From Euryarchaeota archaeon UBA130 (GTDB lineage Archaea > Thermoplasmatota > Poseidoniia > Poseidoniales > Thalassarchaeaceae): DNA of 64,000 nucleotides. The stretch's first letter is position 1, and the number at the start of each line of letters is the position of its first letter. The position numbers and the translations under genes are program-made. The notes below the pieces were generated by a model. That model searched no databases and had not been told where the DNA came from. It saw nothing but the letters and a program-made list of their open reading frames with translations. This document shows, piece after piece, positions 39,283 through 48,892 of this stretch. The stretch spans positions 9,318 through 73,317 of the forward strand of contig DAVY01000006.1 in assembly GCA_002505775.1 (NCBI GenBank). The letters are read 5' to 3'.

Positions 39283-41202
39283 TTGAGATTGACCTTCACC
39301 GAGATAAAGAATAAAATTTCGAAGTTAGTCCCTGAAGGTTTAGAGTATGAAGTGGATTTAGAGGCAGGCTCCATATCAATCATAACAAAAGAACCCGCTT
39401 CTTTTGGAGGGGCCGGAGGAAATAGCCTAACAGTAAAAATCGCTAAAGCAATCAGAAGAAGGGTAGTAATAAGGCCCCATCCAAGCATGCTCTCAACAGA
39501 AGATGAAGTAAACGATGCAGTTTCCAGAATATTGCCTGAGGAAGCTCAGGTAAGAAGGATATGGCTTGACCCAGCATTGTCCGAAGTCACTATAGAGGCA
39601 GACGATCCAAAGTCTGCAGTGGGACAAAAAGGGTCGAATATTCAGCAGTTAAGAAATGAAATTGGGTGGCTAGTTAATATCGTTAGAGCCCCCGCTAGGG
39701 AGAGTAGAACACAGACAGATATCAGGAGGTTTAGGAAGGATTTAGCAGAAGAAAGAAAGACGCTCCTTAGAAAATTTGGGACCAGAATTTACAGGCCTCA
39801 GAGGCCCGGTCCTTCCTGGGTGAGAGTGACAGCCTTAGGATCATACAGAGAGGTTGGCAGGGCTATGCACTTAGTAACAACTAATGAGTCAAAGGTATTA
39901 GTGGACTGTGGTGCAAAGCCTACCTCCAATAGGAACGAAGTTCAGCCTTTCTTTGCGGCCCCCGAAATGCTACCTTTGGACAATATCGATGCAGTAGTGA
40001 TAACCCACGCTCACGTAGACCATATTGGAATGTTACCAGTCCTCTTCAGGTTTGGGTACAAGGGACCAGTCTATTGTACTCAACCAACTAGAGATTTGAT
40101 GACCCTCTTACAGATGGACTACATCAAAGTAGCACAGGCAGAAGGAAATGAAGCACCATACTCAAAGTCCGATATTCAGGAGTGCATCAAACACGTTGTC
40201 GATGTCAATTGGGGGGAGAAGACTGATATCGCTCCAGACATCAAAATGACAATGGAGAACGCTGGCCATATTTTGGGATCATCTAGTGTGTACATGCAAA
40301 TCGGAGAAGGTAGAGATGAACACAAGTTACTATTCTCTGGCGATATAAAATACGAGAAATCATGGCTTTTTGACGCGGCTACAGTCCGCTTCAATAAGGT
40401 CGATACCCTAGTTATAGAATCGACCTATGGCGGTCCTCAGAGTATTCAGCCAACCAGGCAACAAGCGACTCAGGACCTCCAGGATTTGATTATGGATACA
40501 TTATCTAGGAAGGGTAAAATTTTCTGTCCTGTTTTTGCTGTAGGCAGATCCCAAGAAGTGATGATGGCAATTGATGAGTTATTCAAATCAGAAAAGGTGA
40601 CTCCAGTAACCGTCTGGCTTGATGGGATGATTTCAGAAGCAACAGCCATCCATACCAGTCATCCCAATTACCTCAATAAGGATTTACGTGGGAAGATGCT
40701 ACGAGGCGGGGCTGAGAATCCATTCAATTCAAAGTGGTTTAGGCAAGTTGAGTCTAGAGACCAGAGAGAGTCGATTCTTCTGGATCCATCTCCTTGTATA
40801 GTCTTGGCAACAAGTGGCATGATGACGGGTGGGCCTATTGTGGAGTACTTCAAGCACTGGGCACCTGAACCGGGCAACACCCTATGCTTTGTTGGATACC
40901 AGGCATCTGGGACTTTAGGTAGGAGACTTCAAGATGGGCACTCTCAAGTTCCTCTGGTCGACAAAGGACAGACTCTCATGGTAGATGTCCGGTGCAATAT
41001 GGTGATTATTGACGGTTTTAGTGGCCATTCTGACAGAAACCAACTGATGGACTACGTAAAGGCTCTGAACCCTACGCCTAGAAAGATCATCTGTCACCAT
41101 GGAGACCCACAAACATGTAACGCATTCAGAAAAGGACTCAGGGAGAAGTTCAAAGTACAAACATATGCACCTGACAATCTGGAAACATTAAGACTAGTCT
41201 AA
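39283..41202 (+). CDS. fttA: Beta-CASP ribonuclease aCPSF1 / termination factor FttA
   Basis: N-terminal KH domains, REVGR, THAHVDH, AGHILGS, ESTYGG, FSGHSD; follows psmB. Confidence 0.97.
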   Translation: MRLTFTEIKNKISKLVPEGLEYEVDLEAGSISIITKEPASFGGAGGNSLTVKIAKAIRRRVVIRPHPSMLSTEDEVNDAVSRILPEEAQVRRIWLDPALSEVTIEADDPKSAVGQKGSNIQQLRNEIGWLVNIVRAPARESRTQTDIRRFRKDLAEERKTLLRKFGTRIYRPQRPGPSWVRVTALGSYREVGRAMHLVTTNESKVLVDCGAKPTSNRNEVQPFFAAPEMLPLDNIDAVVITHAHVDHIGMLPVLFRFGYKGPVYCTQPTRDLMTLLQMDYIKVAQAEGNEAPYSKSDIQECIKHVVDVNWGEKTDIAPDIKMTMENAGHILGSSSVYMQIGEGRDEHKLLFSGDIKYEKSWLFDAATVRFNKVDTLVIESTYGGPQSIQPTRQQATQDLQDLIMDTLSRKGKIFCPVFAVGRSQEVMMAIDELFKSEKVTPVTVWLDGMISEATAIHTSHPNYLNKDLRGKMLRGGAENPFNSKWFRQVESRDQRESILLDPSPCIVLATSGMMTGGPIVEYFKHWAPEPGNTLCFVGYQASGTLGRRLQDGHSQVPLVDKGQTLMVDVRCNMVIIDGFSGHSDRNQLMDYVKALNPTPRKIICHHGDPQTCNAFRKGLREKFKVQTYAPDNLETLRLV

Positions 41203-41204
41203 GT

Positions 41205-41474
41205 TTACAATATGGGCGTGTCGTAACCGAATTCTCCTGCACTGATCTCGTTCTTTTCAATATCTTCTTCATCTTCCATCCATTCAAAACTCTCTTCCAC
41301 TACGATCTTATGCGACTCGCCACCAGATAAAGCCAATGAAATTGTAAATGGAATTAACAATAGAGAAATCCAAGAGTTCGATCCAACCTCTCCAGAGCTA
41401 TAAATGGACAACAATGATACAAGAATCAATACAGTTGTTGCTAACCAGCCGACCTTCCACCGAACATTGTCCAC
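41205..41474 (-). CDS. Small membrane hypothetical protein
   Basis: Two hydrophobic helices and acidic tail ending GYDTPIL. Confidence 0.6.
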   Translation of the reverse strand: MDNVRWKVGWLATTVLILVSLLSIYSSGEVGSNSWISLLLIPFTISLALSGGESHKIVVEESFEWMEDEEDIEKNEISAGEFGYDTPIL

Positions 41475-41537
41475 AATGTTCAGAAGAGGTGGTTACTAAT
41501 CAGTCAAACTCTTGAACCCAGAATTTCAGGCACCTTC

Positions 41538-41972
41538 ATGCAGGAGCGTTGGGCAATGGTCAGATGCGAATGTGGAAGATACTTTGGATCCAGCCTGAAA
41601 AAAATTGTCAATTGCCCCAGATGCAACTCTAATAAAAATCATAAAATTATGAAAAAGTTCTCATCATCCGAATCATTAAGGAATCAAATATCCAAGGCAA
41701 ACACACCATCAGAAATCGAAAATGAGATCACATCAAGACTGGAAACATATGAGAAACCCAATCGCGACACTGGATTAATTGGAAAAGAATTAATTGGAAA
41801 AATACTAGCAACATCAACTTTCAATGAAAACATTATCTCCATCGACTCAATCTCAAATTCCATCAAGGAGCTATCTCTGACCAAAATCAGCCCTGAGGAC
41901 ATAATTGAGATACTTGAAGCATCCTCTTTGGTGGTAAGAAACTCAAATGGGACGTGGACCGTTTTTCAGTAA
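41538..41972 (+). CDS. Zn-ribbon hypothetical protein, possible C-terminal winged helix
   Basis: CECG..CPRC; C-terminal IIEILEASSLVVRNSNGTW. Confidence 0.7.
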   Translation: MQERWAMVRCECGRYFGSSLKKIVNCPRCNSNKNHKIMKKFSSSESLRNQISKANTPSEIENEITSRLETYEKPNRDTGLIGKELIGKILATSTFNENIISIDSISNSIKELSLTKISPEDIIEILEASSLVVRNSNGTWTVFQ

Positions 41973-42005
41973 CGTTCATTCAAGAGATGCTCTGGGAAAC
42001 GATAG

Positions 42006-42083
42006 GGGCCCGTGGGTTAGTCTGGTCTATGCTAGATGCTTTGGGAGCATTTGACCCTGGTTCAAATCCAGGCGGGCCCACCA
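42006..42083 (+). tRNA. tRNA-Pro(TGG)
   Basis: GGGCCCG/CGGGCCC acceptor stem, GATGC-TTTGGGA-GCATT anticodon arm, CCTGG-TTCAAAT-CCAGG T arm, encoded CCA. Confidence 0.96.
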
Positions 42084-42842
42084 CTAAATCAATCTCTTGA
42101 GTGCCTCAATATCAAAAATTGAAACCGCAATGTCAATAGCTTCAGGAATTCTAAACCAACGCGCCTCTTCAATTTCATCATCTTTTGGGATAATCTCACG
42201 ATCTTCGAATTCTCCATGACATTTGTATGTGAATGAAATCCAGTTGATACCATCCTCGTTGAAAATTTCTTCTTGTATGAAAGCCTCTTCACCAGCACCA
42301 TGGGGCTCCCCGTTCTCTCCCTTTGGATCATCTATTACTATCGAAATCCCCAACTCCTCCATGGCCTCTCTAACAGCCGCTTCACGTGGGTGCTCGCCAT
42401 AATCTACGAATCCACCCGGAAGTGTCCAACAACCTGAAAAAAATCCCCTGGATACCTTCGCCAAAAGAACCTGATCTTGACTGTTCAAAATCATCACCTT
42501 ACTGACAACTCTGTGTATTGTTCTGTAAACAGATTCCCTCGCAACCGGATCAACTGCGTTATCACTGATCACGGAATCTTTCCATGCCCACTCTCCTGGC
42601 CAGTCTATCAGGGGCTTGCCATGAACCACAGTGTGATATTCTTGCCCAAGTCTGAATTTATTTGTCCTGACCTCCTCCCAACTAATTCCAAAATCTGACA
42701 ACTCACTATCAGTTGGAAGTCGTATAACCTCGGTCTCACCATTTAGATTAGCTCTACCGGTTTGAGGAATCGCAGGTCCAGTTCCATCACCATATACAAG
42801 GAGTAATTTACCATCAGACTCGAGGTATACATGCTTCGTCAT
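42084..42842 (-). CDS. NUDIX hydrolase with N-terminal extension
   Basis: [27 protein letters not shown] Nudix box. Confidence 0.93.
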   Translation of the reverse strand: MTKHVYLESDGKLLLVYGDGTGPAIPQTGRANLNGETEVIRLPTDSELSDFGISWEEVRTNKFRLGQEYHTVVHGKPLIDWPGEWAWKDSVISDNAVDPVARESVYRTIHRVVSKVMILNSQDQVLLAKVSRGFFSGCWTLPGGFVDYGEHPREAAVREAMEELGISIVIDDPKGENGEPHGAGEEAFIQEEIFNEDGINWISFTYKCHGEFEDREIIPKDDEIEEARWFRIPEAIDIAVSIFDIEALKRLI

Positions 42843-42857
42843 TCGTACACCTTACTG

Positions 42858-43886
42858 TCAATTCAAAAGCCCTGTAACCGCTTGTCTTTCTTCCATAAGC
42901 ATAGCCACATTTTCATCAATCTTTGACTGGGCGAACGAGTCTATTGGAAGATCCTGAACAACCTCTATTTGACCATTTTGACATCTGCATGGGAAGCTGA
43001 ATACTAGTCCCTCCGGAACTCCGTACCAACCTTCGGAAGGCAAGGCCATGGAAACAATCCTTCCATTAGACCCCTGCCACCAGTCACGCATGTGATCAAT
43101 AGCGGCCGATGCAGCCGAGGCAGCTGAAGAGGCACCTCTAGCGACAATTACGGCTTTGCCCCTTGTTGCAACAGTGTCTAAAAACTCACCTTTCAACCAA
43201 TCCAAATCAAAAACGTCTGTAGCCCTTCTACCATCTACTGTCGCAAATCTTGGGTCCGGATACATAGTATTCGCATGATTGCCCCAGATGAATACATCAT
43301 GTATTTTGGATGCTGGCACGCCTGAACGTTCCGCCATCTGGCCGACGGCTCGATTCTGATCGAGCCTCGTCATTGCGGTAAATTGCCTCGAGGGAATGCG
43401 TGGGGAATTTGCATTGGCAATAAGTGCATTCGTATTACAAGGATTGCCTACTGTTATCACTTTAACATTCTTAGAGGCAACCTCGTCAATAGCCTTCCCT
43501 TGGCCGACGAATATTGGACCATTGGCTGCAACCAAATCTGATCTATCCATGTCCTTAGTTCTAGGCCTTGATCCGACTAGGAATATAGCATGAGCGCCTT
43601 GGAATGCAACATTGGCATCATCAGTGCAAACTATATCGTGAACCAACGGGAATGCAGAGTCTCTTAATTCCATCCTGACGCCTTCTAGTCTTTGCATTCC
43701 TGGGGGTATCTCCAGTAGCTGGAGAATAACTGGTTGTTCCTTTCCGAAACAATCCCCACTCGCAATCCTCCACAATAGGGCGTATCCAATATTTCCTGCA
43801 GCTCCGGTTACAGCTACGCGTATTGCTTCAGTATCATCACCTTTACTCGTAAACCCTACCGCGTTTTCTCCCAAATCTCCGGACAC
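42858..43886 (-). CDS. mdh: Malate dehydrogenase (dimeric, bacterial/cytosolic type)
   Basis: [45 protein letters not shown]. Confidence 0.97.
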   Translation of the reverse strand: MSGDLGENAVGFTSKGDDTEAIRVAVTGAAGNIGYALLWRIASGDCFGKEQPVILQLLEIPPGMQRLEGVRMELRDSAFPLVHDIVCTDDANVAFQGAHAIFLVGSRPRTKDMDRSDLVAANGPIFVGQGKAIDEVASKNVKVITVGNPCNTNALIANANSPRIPSRQFTAMTRLDQNRAVGQMAERSGVPASKIHDVFIWGNHANTMYPDPRFATVDGRRATDVFDLDWLKGEFLDTVATRGKAVIVARGASSAASAASAAIDHMRDWWQGSNGRIVSMALPSEGWYGVPEGLVFSFPCRCQNGQIEVVQDLPIDSFAQSKIDENVAMLMEERQAVTGLLN

Positions 43887-44058
43887 AATCTCTCCTCATG
43901 CAGGCGAGTAAGATTAGGGTATTAGCACTTTGCGAAGTAGAGACATAAATCACTCTCAGCTTATCCTCTAATGACTTTGAGAATATTGAGCCGACGGCTT
44001 CAATAAGCGCCTACTTATCGGAGGTTCATTATTGGTCTCGGGACTGCAGAGGGATAAG

Positions 44059-45216
44059 ATGAAACTCGGTATTCTCAAGGAGCCAGAAGGAGAAATGAGA
44101 GTACCAATTGTACCTAACTCAATACCCAAACTAGTCAAGTCTGGTCTTGAGGTGATTGTTGAGAATGGGGCTGGTGACCTCGCAAATCATTCGGATTCTG
44201 AGTATGAGAGTAAAGGTGCAAAGATTGTAACCAGGGACGACGTTCTCAGATCTGAAGCATTGATATCGATAAATCCACCTAATTTGGACGACATTAGAGA
44301 GGGGTGCATCTTGATGTGTGTAGCCGATCCATTCAGAAATCCAGATGTTGTGAATAAGGCCATCTCACGTGGAATTACCCTAATCAGTATGGACATGATT
44401 CCTAGGAGACTTTCGAGGGCACAATCAATGGATGTCAACTCCAGCCAAGACAACCTCTCTGGTTACAAAGCCGTTCTGCTCGGAGCTTCGCATGTTCCCA
44501 AAGGAATTCCAATGATGACCACTAGTGCTGGGACAGTTAAACCGGCGAAGTTTGTAGTTATGGGTAGTGGGGTAGCCGGATTGCAGGCTATCGCGACTGC
44601 AAAGAGAATGGGCGCAGTCGTTTACGCATCCGACGTCAGAAAGTCTGCAGCAGAACAAATTGAGTCCGTTGGTGGGAGATTCATCGAGGTAGAGGGTATG
44701 GACGATTTCGAGGATGAATCGGGTTATGCTAAGCCGCTTACACCAGAGTTTATCCAGAAAGTTAACGATACGGTATGTAAGGTAGCCAGTGATGCGGATG
44801 TAATCATTACCACGGCCAGGATATTTGGAAGGCCGGCGCCGATTACTATACCCAAAAGCGCTGTTGAAGAATTCAAAACTGGCGCAGTAATTGTAGACAT
44901 GAATGCTGATGTTGGTGGAAACTGTGAGTTGACCTCCCCCGGAGACATAATCAACAGCCACGGAGTCACAATAATCGGAATAGAGAATTTAGCTGGTACT
45001 ATACCATCAACCGCCAGTATGCTTTACTCGAATAATCTTACCAACTTTGTAATATCATTAATGGAAGATGGCGTTATCTCCGTAGATCTTCAAGACGATA
45101 TTTTAGTTGGCCCACCGGAAGAATCGGATTTCTACGTCGATGGGATGGGAGGAGTCCTCATTTGCATGAACGGGGAGCTTCATAACAATCAAACTAGACT
45201 TGGGGGTATTTTGTAA
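44059..45216 (+). CDS. pntAA: NAD(P) transhydrogenase alpha subunit part 1 (domain I)
   Basis: SRAQSMDVNSSQ, TSAGTVKPAK, GSGVAGLQAIATA, GGNCELT. Confidence 0.96.
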   Translation: MKLGILKEPEGEMRVPIVPNSIPKLVKSGLEVIVENGAGDLANHSDSEYESKGAKIVTRDDVLRSEALISINPPNLDDIREGCILMCVADPFRNPDVVNKAISRGITLISMDMIPRRLSRAQSMDVNSSQDNLSGYKAVLLGASHVPKGIPMMTTSAGTVKPAKFVVMGSGVAGLQAIATAKRMGAVVYASDVRKSAAEQIESVGGRFIEVEGMDDFEDESGYAKPLTPEFIQKVNDTVCKVASDADVIITTARIFGRPAPITIPKSAVEEFKTGAVIVDMNADVGGNCELTSPGDIINSHGVTIIGIENLAGTIPSTASMLYSNNLTNFVISLMEDGVISVDLQDDILVGPPEESDFYVDGMGGVLICMNGELHNNQTRLGGIL

Positions 45217-45536
45217 TGTCCCTGACCCTGACAGCATTAATTGGCAGTATCACCGTTTTTGTACTGGCAATTTTCCTAGGTTTTGAATTAATCAGCAAAG
45301 TACCACCAACGCTCCACACCCCTCTTATGTCTGGTGCCAATGCAATATCCGGCATCACTATTGTGGGTGCACTTATCCTCTCCAATGCTACATTTAATGG
45401 CATGGAAACCTCTTTTGCAGCAATATTGGCATTCCTAGCCCTTATCATGGCCACGATAAATGTCGTCGGAGGATTCATGGTAACAAATAGAATGTTAGAA
45501 ATGATTGCAGGTAAGAAAAGAAAGGGGGGTAACTAA
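45216..45536 (+). CDS. pntAB: NAD(P) transhydrogenase alpha subunit part 2
   Basis: KVPPTLHTPLMSGANAISG, NVVGGFMVTNRML. Confidence 0.97.
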   Translation: MSLTLTALIGSITVFVLAIFLGFELISKVPPTLHTPLMSGANAISGITIVGALILSNATFNGMETSFAAILAFLALIMATINVVGGFMVTNRMLEMIAGKKRKGGN

Positions 45537-46982
45537 TTGGTCGACCCTGTTGTTTGGGATATCGGATACTTGCTTTCCGCTTCGATGTTCATTGTCGGCA
45601 TCAAGAGGCTTTCGAGTCCTAGGACGGCTCCCTCGGGTAATAGGCTAGGTGCCCAAGGAATGCTTCTCGCAGTTGTTATTACATTACTAAAAATGCAGTC
45701 CGAAGGTATTATTGGATGGGAGTTGATTGTTGCTGGATTGGCTATTGGCTCAATAATTGGCTACATCATGGCAACCCGCGTAGAGATGACAGGGATGCCA
45801 GAACTCGTGGCTCTGTTCAATGGTTTTGGCGGGGCAGCGTCAGCTCTGGTGGGTCTTTCAGAGGCATTAAAGAGAATCTCTGATGGAGTTCCGGATCCCG
45901 GAGTTGAACTCTATGCCACATGGACTGCTATCGGCCTATCAGCATTAGTGGGATGGATTACACTATCTGGTAGCTTAATGGCAATGATGAAGCTCAAAGG
46001 TGGATTCTATGTACCGTTTTCCAAGAAAGATGAAAGGGGAAGAAGCAAATGGATCTCATTTCCAACGTGGGGCCCACCCTGGCTAAATTGGGTCAAAGCC
46101 TCTTTGCTACTCGCATCATTGGCCCTGATAATATTGACAATTCAGAACCCTGAAGATAAAACATATGTTTACTCTCTTGTTGCTACATCGACTCTTCTTG
46201 GTATTCTTTTCGTTCTCCCAATTGGTGGGGCAGATATGCCAGTCGTAGTCAGCCTACTCAACTCGCTTTCTGGGATTGCAGCAGCTTTTACAGGGTTCGT
46301 AATAGGCAACAATGTCTTGATAATTGCTGGCTCAATGGTAGGCGCCGCGGGTTTGATCTTGACATTCATCATGTGCAAAGCAATGAACAGGGAGCTATTC
46401 GATGTCCTCTTCAAGGCATTCGGTGGATCGGGGGAGAAAGATCAGCTCACCAGAACTAAAGTTGGAAGTGATCCGGAAGAGGTTGCGATGGTCTTGGATG
46501 GAGCTCAAAAAGTAATTGTAGTGCCAGGATACGGTATGGCAGTTAGCCAAAGTCAGCATGCAGTGAAGGAGTTCGCGGACCTTATGGAATCATTTGATTG
46601 CGAGGTCCTGTATGCCATCCACCCAGTGGCTGGGAGGATGCCAGGCCACATGAACGTACTATTGGCAGAAGCCAACGTACCTTATGAGAAACTAATCGAG
46701 ATGGACGACATTAATTCTGAATTCCCAGAATGCGACGTTGCATTGGTGATTGGAGCCAATGACACCACTAACCCTGCCGCTAGGACTGATGAGGGACCAT
46801 TAGCAGGAATGCCAATTCTAGATGTCGACAAATCCTCGGTAGTAGTGATAATCAAGAGAAGCCTTTCTGTCGGTTATGCAGGTGTTGACAATGACCTCTT
46901 TTACATGGATAAAACAATGATGTTATTCGGCGATGGTAAAAAGATGATGAATGAACTGAACTCTGCAATTAAGGAGCTGTAA
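45537..46982 (+). CDS. pntB: NAD(P) transhydrogenase beta subunit
   Basis: MPELVALFN, IGGADMPVV, PGYGMAV, IHPVAGRMPGHMNVLLAEA. Confidence 0.98.
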   Translation: MVDPVVWDIGYLLSASMFIVGIKRLSSPRTAPSGNRLGAQGMLLAVVITLLKMQSEGIIGWELIVAGLAIGSIIGYIMATRVEMTGMPELVALFNGFGGAASALVGLSEALKRISDGVPDPGVELYATWTAIGLSALVGWITLSGSLMAMMKLKGGFYVPFSKKDERGRSKWISFPTWGPPWLNWVKASLLLASLALIILTIQNPEDKTYVYSLVATSTLLGILFVLPIGGADMPVVVSLLNSLSGIAAAFTGFVIGNNVLIIAGSMVGAAGLILTFIMCKAMNRELFDVLFKAFGGSGEKDQLTRTKVGSDPEEVAMVLDGAQKVIVVPGYGMAVSQSQHAVKEFADLMESFDCEVLYAIHPVAGRMPGHMNVLLAEANVPYEKLIEMDDINSEFPECDVALVIGANDTTNPAARTDEGPLAGMPILDVDKSSVVVIIKRSLSVGYAGVDNDLFYMDKTMMLFGDGKKMMNELNSAIKEL

Positions 46983-47057
46983 ACCAAAGTGATGAACATG
47001 TCTCCAAGCAAGCGTTATTTGTCTGCTACCCCTGTGCATCAATTAAGGGGCAGTAAA

Positions 47058-48107
47058 ATGACTGGGCTCAAGAGACTATTCGCCGTTTTACTTACAATAT
47101 CTATCCTCTCAATCCCTGCTGTCGGAATGAGCTCGGGCCCGGGTTATGAAAATGCAGACGGAGATCCCACTGTGAAATATGGCTGTAATTGCCATAACAA
47201 TGGCGCGGCCTCAACAAGAGCAGTAGTGATGGTTACTGGAGTCCCAGTCATGTATGAATTGGGGGCCTCGTATGATATGACAATTAAGGTTGCAGACTCG
47301 CTCACATTATCAGGAGGGGATGGAAACACACAAGGTGGATTTTTGATGACTTCAGATGGCATAGGAATATTCTCATGGTCAGATGATGAGGAAATTCGCG
47401 CTGCTGAGGATGCACCATTGGACATATCGCACTCAGATACTGACTCTGACGGCATATGGGAGATAACTTGGACAGCTCCAACAGAGGACCTAGGACCAGT
47501 CCATTTTTGGGTTGCTGGTAACTCTGTCAATGGGGATGGAGCTCCAGGGGACGAAGACTGGTGGAATATCCTAACATTTACTATCAACGCACCTGGAACA
47601 ATAGAGTCAAGTGATTCCGGAGCTACTCTTGAAACTAGAACAGTTTCAGTCGGAGATTATGAAACCCTATTCATAGTAGAGGAATCAGAAGCTCAAAGGG
47701 AAGCTGAAAGACAGGAGGCACTATCACACAGAGTTTTCACTCAAGGGAATCTATTTTTCTGGACCAGTCTAACCGCGCTCCTTATCGGAGCCTTGGTTCA
47801 AAGGGAGATTTTAGAGAGAAGGTATGATGATGGCCCAGAATTCCTTGCTATGGAGTTGGCTTACCCACAAGCAATTAGAAGGGGCTTAATGGGCATTGGC
47901 TCTTTCTGGCTGGCTATCAGGTGGGCCTCTTCCGAGACCCAGATTTATTTCCCTCCCCCTGCGGTCGTTAAAGAAGGGACAAAGATGACTGATTTGACTG
48001 ACTTCCTAATTGGATCCGCATTCCTAGCCAGCGCACTGTTCGCCTACGGGGTATATAGGACAATATTGGCCGCTAGAAAGGACCCAGATGTCAAGGATCG
48101 GCTGTAG
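47058..48107 (+). CDS. Second Reeler/choice-of-anchor-V-like CxCH protein with C-terminal TM region
   Basis: Signal peptide, GCNCH, QGGF, WTAP, FWVAGNSVNGDG; clear paralog of 3596-4405. Confidence 0.75.
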   Translation: MTGLKRLFAVLLTISILSIPAVGMSSGPGYENADGDPTVKYGCNCHNNGAASTRAVVMVTGVPVMYELGASYDMTIKVADSLTLSGGDGNTQGGFLMTSDGIGIFSWSDDEEIRAAEDAPLDISHSDTDSDGIWEITWTAPTEDLGPVHFWVAGNSVNGDGAPGDEDWWNILTFTINAPGTIESSDSGATLETRTVSVGDYETLFIVEESEAQREAERQEALSHRVFTQGNLFFWTSLTALLIGALVQREILERRYDDGPEFLAMELAYPQAIRRGLMGIGSFWLAIRWASSETQIYFPPPAVVKEGTKMTDLTDFLIGSAFLASALFAYGVYRTILAARKDPDVKDRL

Positions 48108-48881
48108 ATGTCAGAACAAATGATTAATCTTGAATCAAAGTCTTTGGAAAATCACTTCCAAGAACTGTACTCACTTGTAAAAAATACAATATTATTTACT
48201 TCAATATCTGCAATAGGATGGTCTATAGTTGCCCCTCAATTATTGACAGATTGGGTCAATCTATTCAATACCGGCGATAACATAAACCAATTGTCAATCT
48301 ATACTCCATTCAATTGGATAGAGGTCAAATGGTCCTTTTCCATAATGATGGGTATAATCACAGCTTTCCCACTTTTCTCAGTAATGCTATACAGGTTCTC
48401 TAAACCAGCCCTGTACCCAAACGAGGTTTTTCCAGTCAAATTAATATTAATTGCAAACTCATTAATGTTACCAATTTCAATATTCCTAATTTGGATATGG
48501 GGGGTACCTAATGTGGTAAAATATGCAAACGGACTATCTCAATTAGAAAATATTAGTGCTAGATATGACCTATTTGAAATCGTCAATTTTGCTTTGGGAT
48601 TCACGGTTATGGCCATTATCTCGTTTATCCTCATGACATCACTCATCTTATCCAGAATTATTGGTGACGTAGACGGGATGTATAATTGGTTGAGGCCCAG
48701 GATCATGATAATCTCATTTGGCCTTTTCATTCTAACTATGCCATCGGTATTCGAGGGTCTAAGGATTCCCTTGTCCTGTGTAATAATTTTCCTCTCCGAC
48801 CTTTTAGCGAGATCCTTTCCACTTGCGAGAAATATGACCGAAATCATTCAAGATGACACTGCATTGAAAGGTCACGCATAG
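48108..48881 (+). CDS. tatC: TatC-like membrane protein (divergent)
   Basis: SLENHFQEL, YTPFNWI, YRFSKPALYPNE, about six TM helices. Confidence 0.75.
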   Translation: MSEQMINLESKSLENHFQELYSLVKNTILFTSISAIGWSIVAPQLLTDWVNLFNTGDNINQLSIYTPFNWIEVKWSFSIMMGIITAFPLFSVMLYRFSKPALYPNEVFPVKLILIANSLMLPISIFLIWIWGVPNVVKYANGLSQLENISARYDLFEIVNFALGFTVMAIISFILMTSLILSRIIGDVDGMYNWLRPRIMIISFGLFILTMPSVFEGLRIPLSCVIIFLSDLLARSFPLARNMTEIIQDDTALKGHA

Positions 48882-48892
48882 CAGCGACCTCC

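Noticed and set aside
41205-42083. Integrated element at tRNA-Pro (AT-rich neighbours)
   Set aside because: No integrase and no duplicated tRNA 3' end seen; flanking genes look chromosomal.
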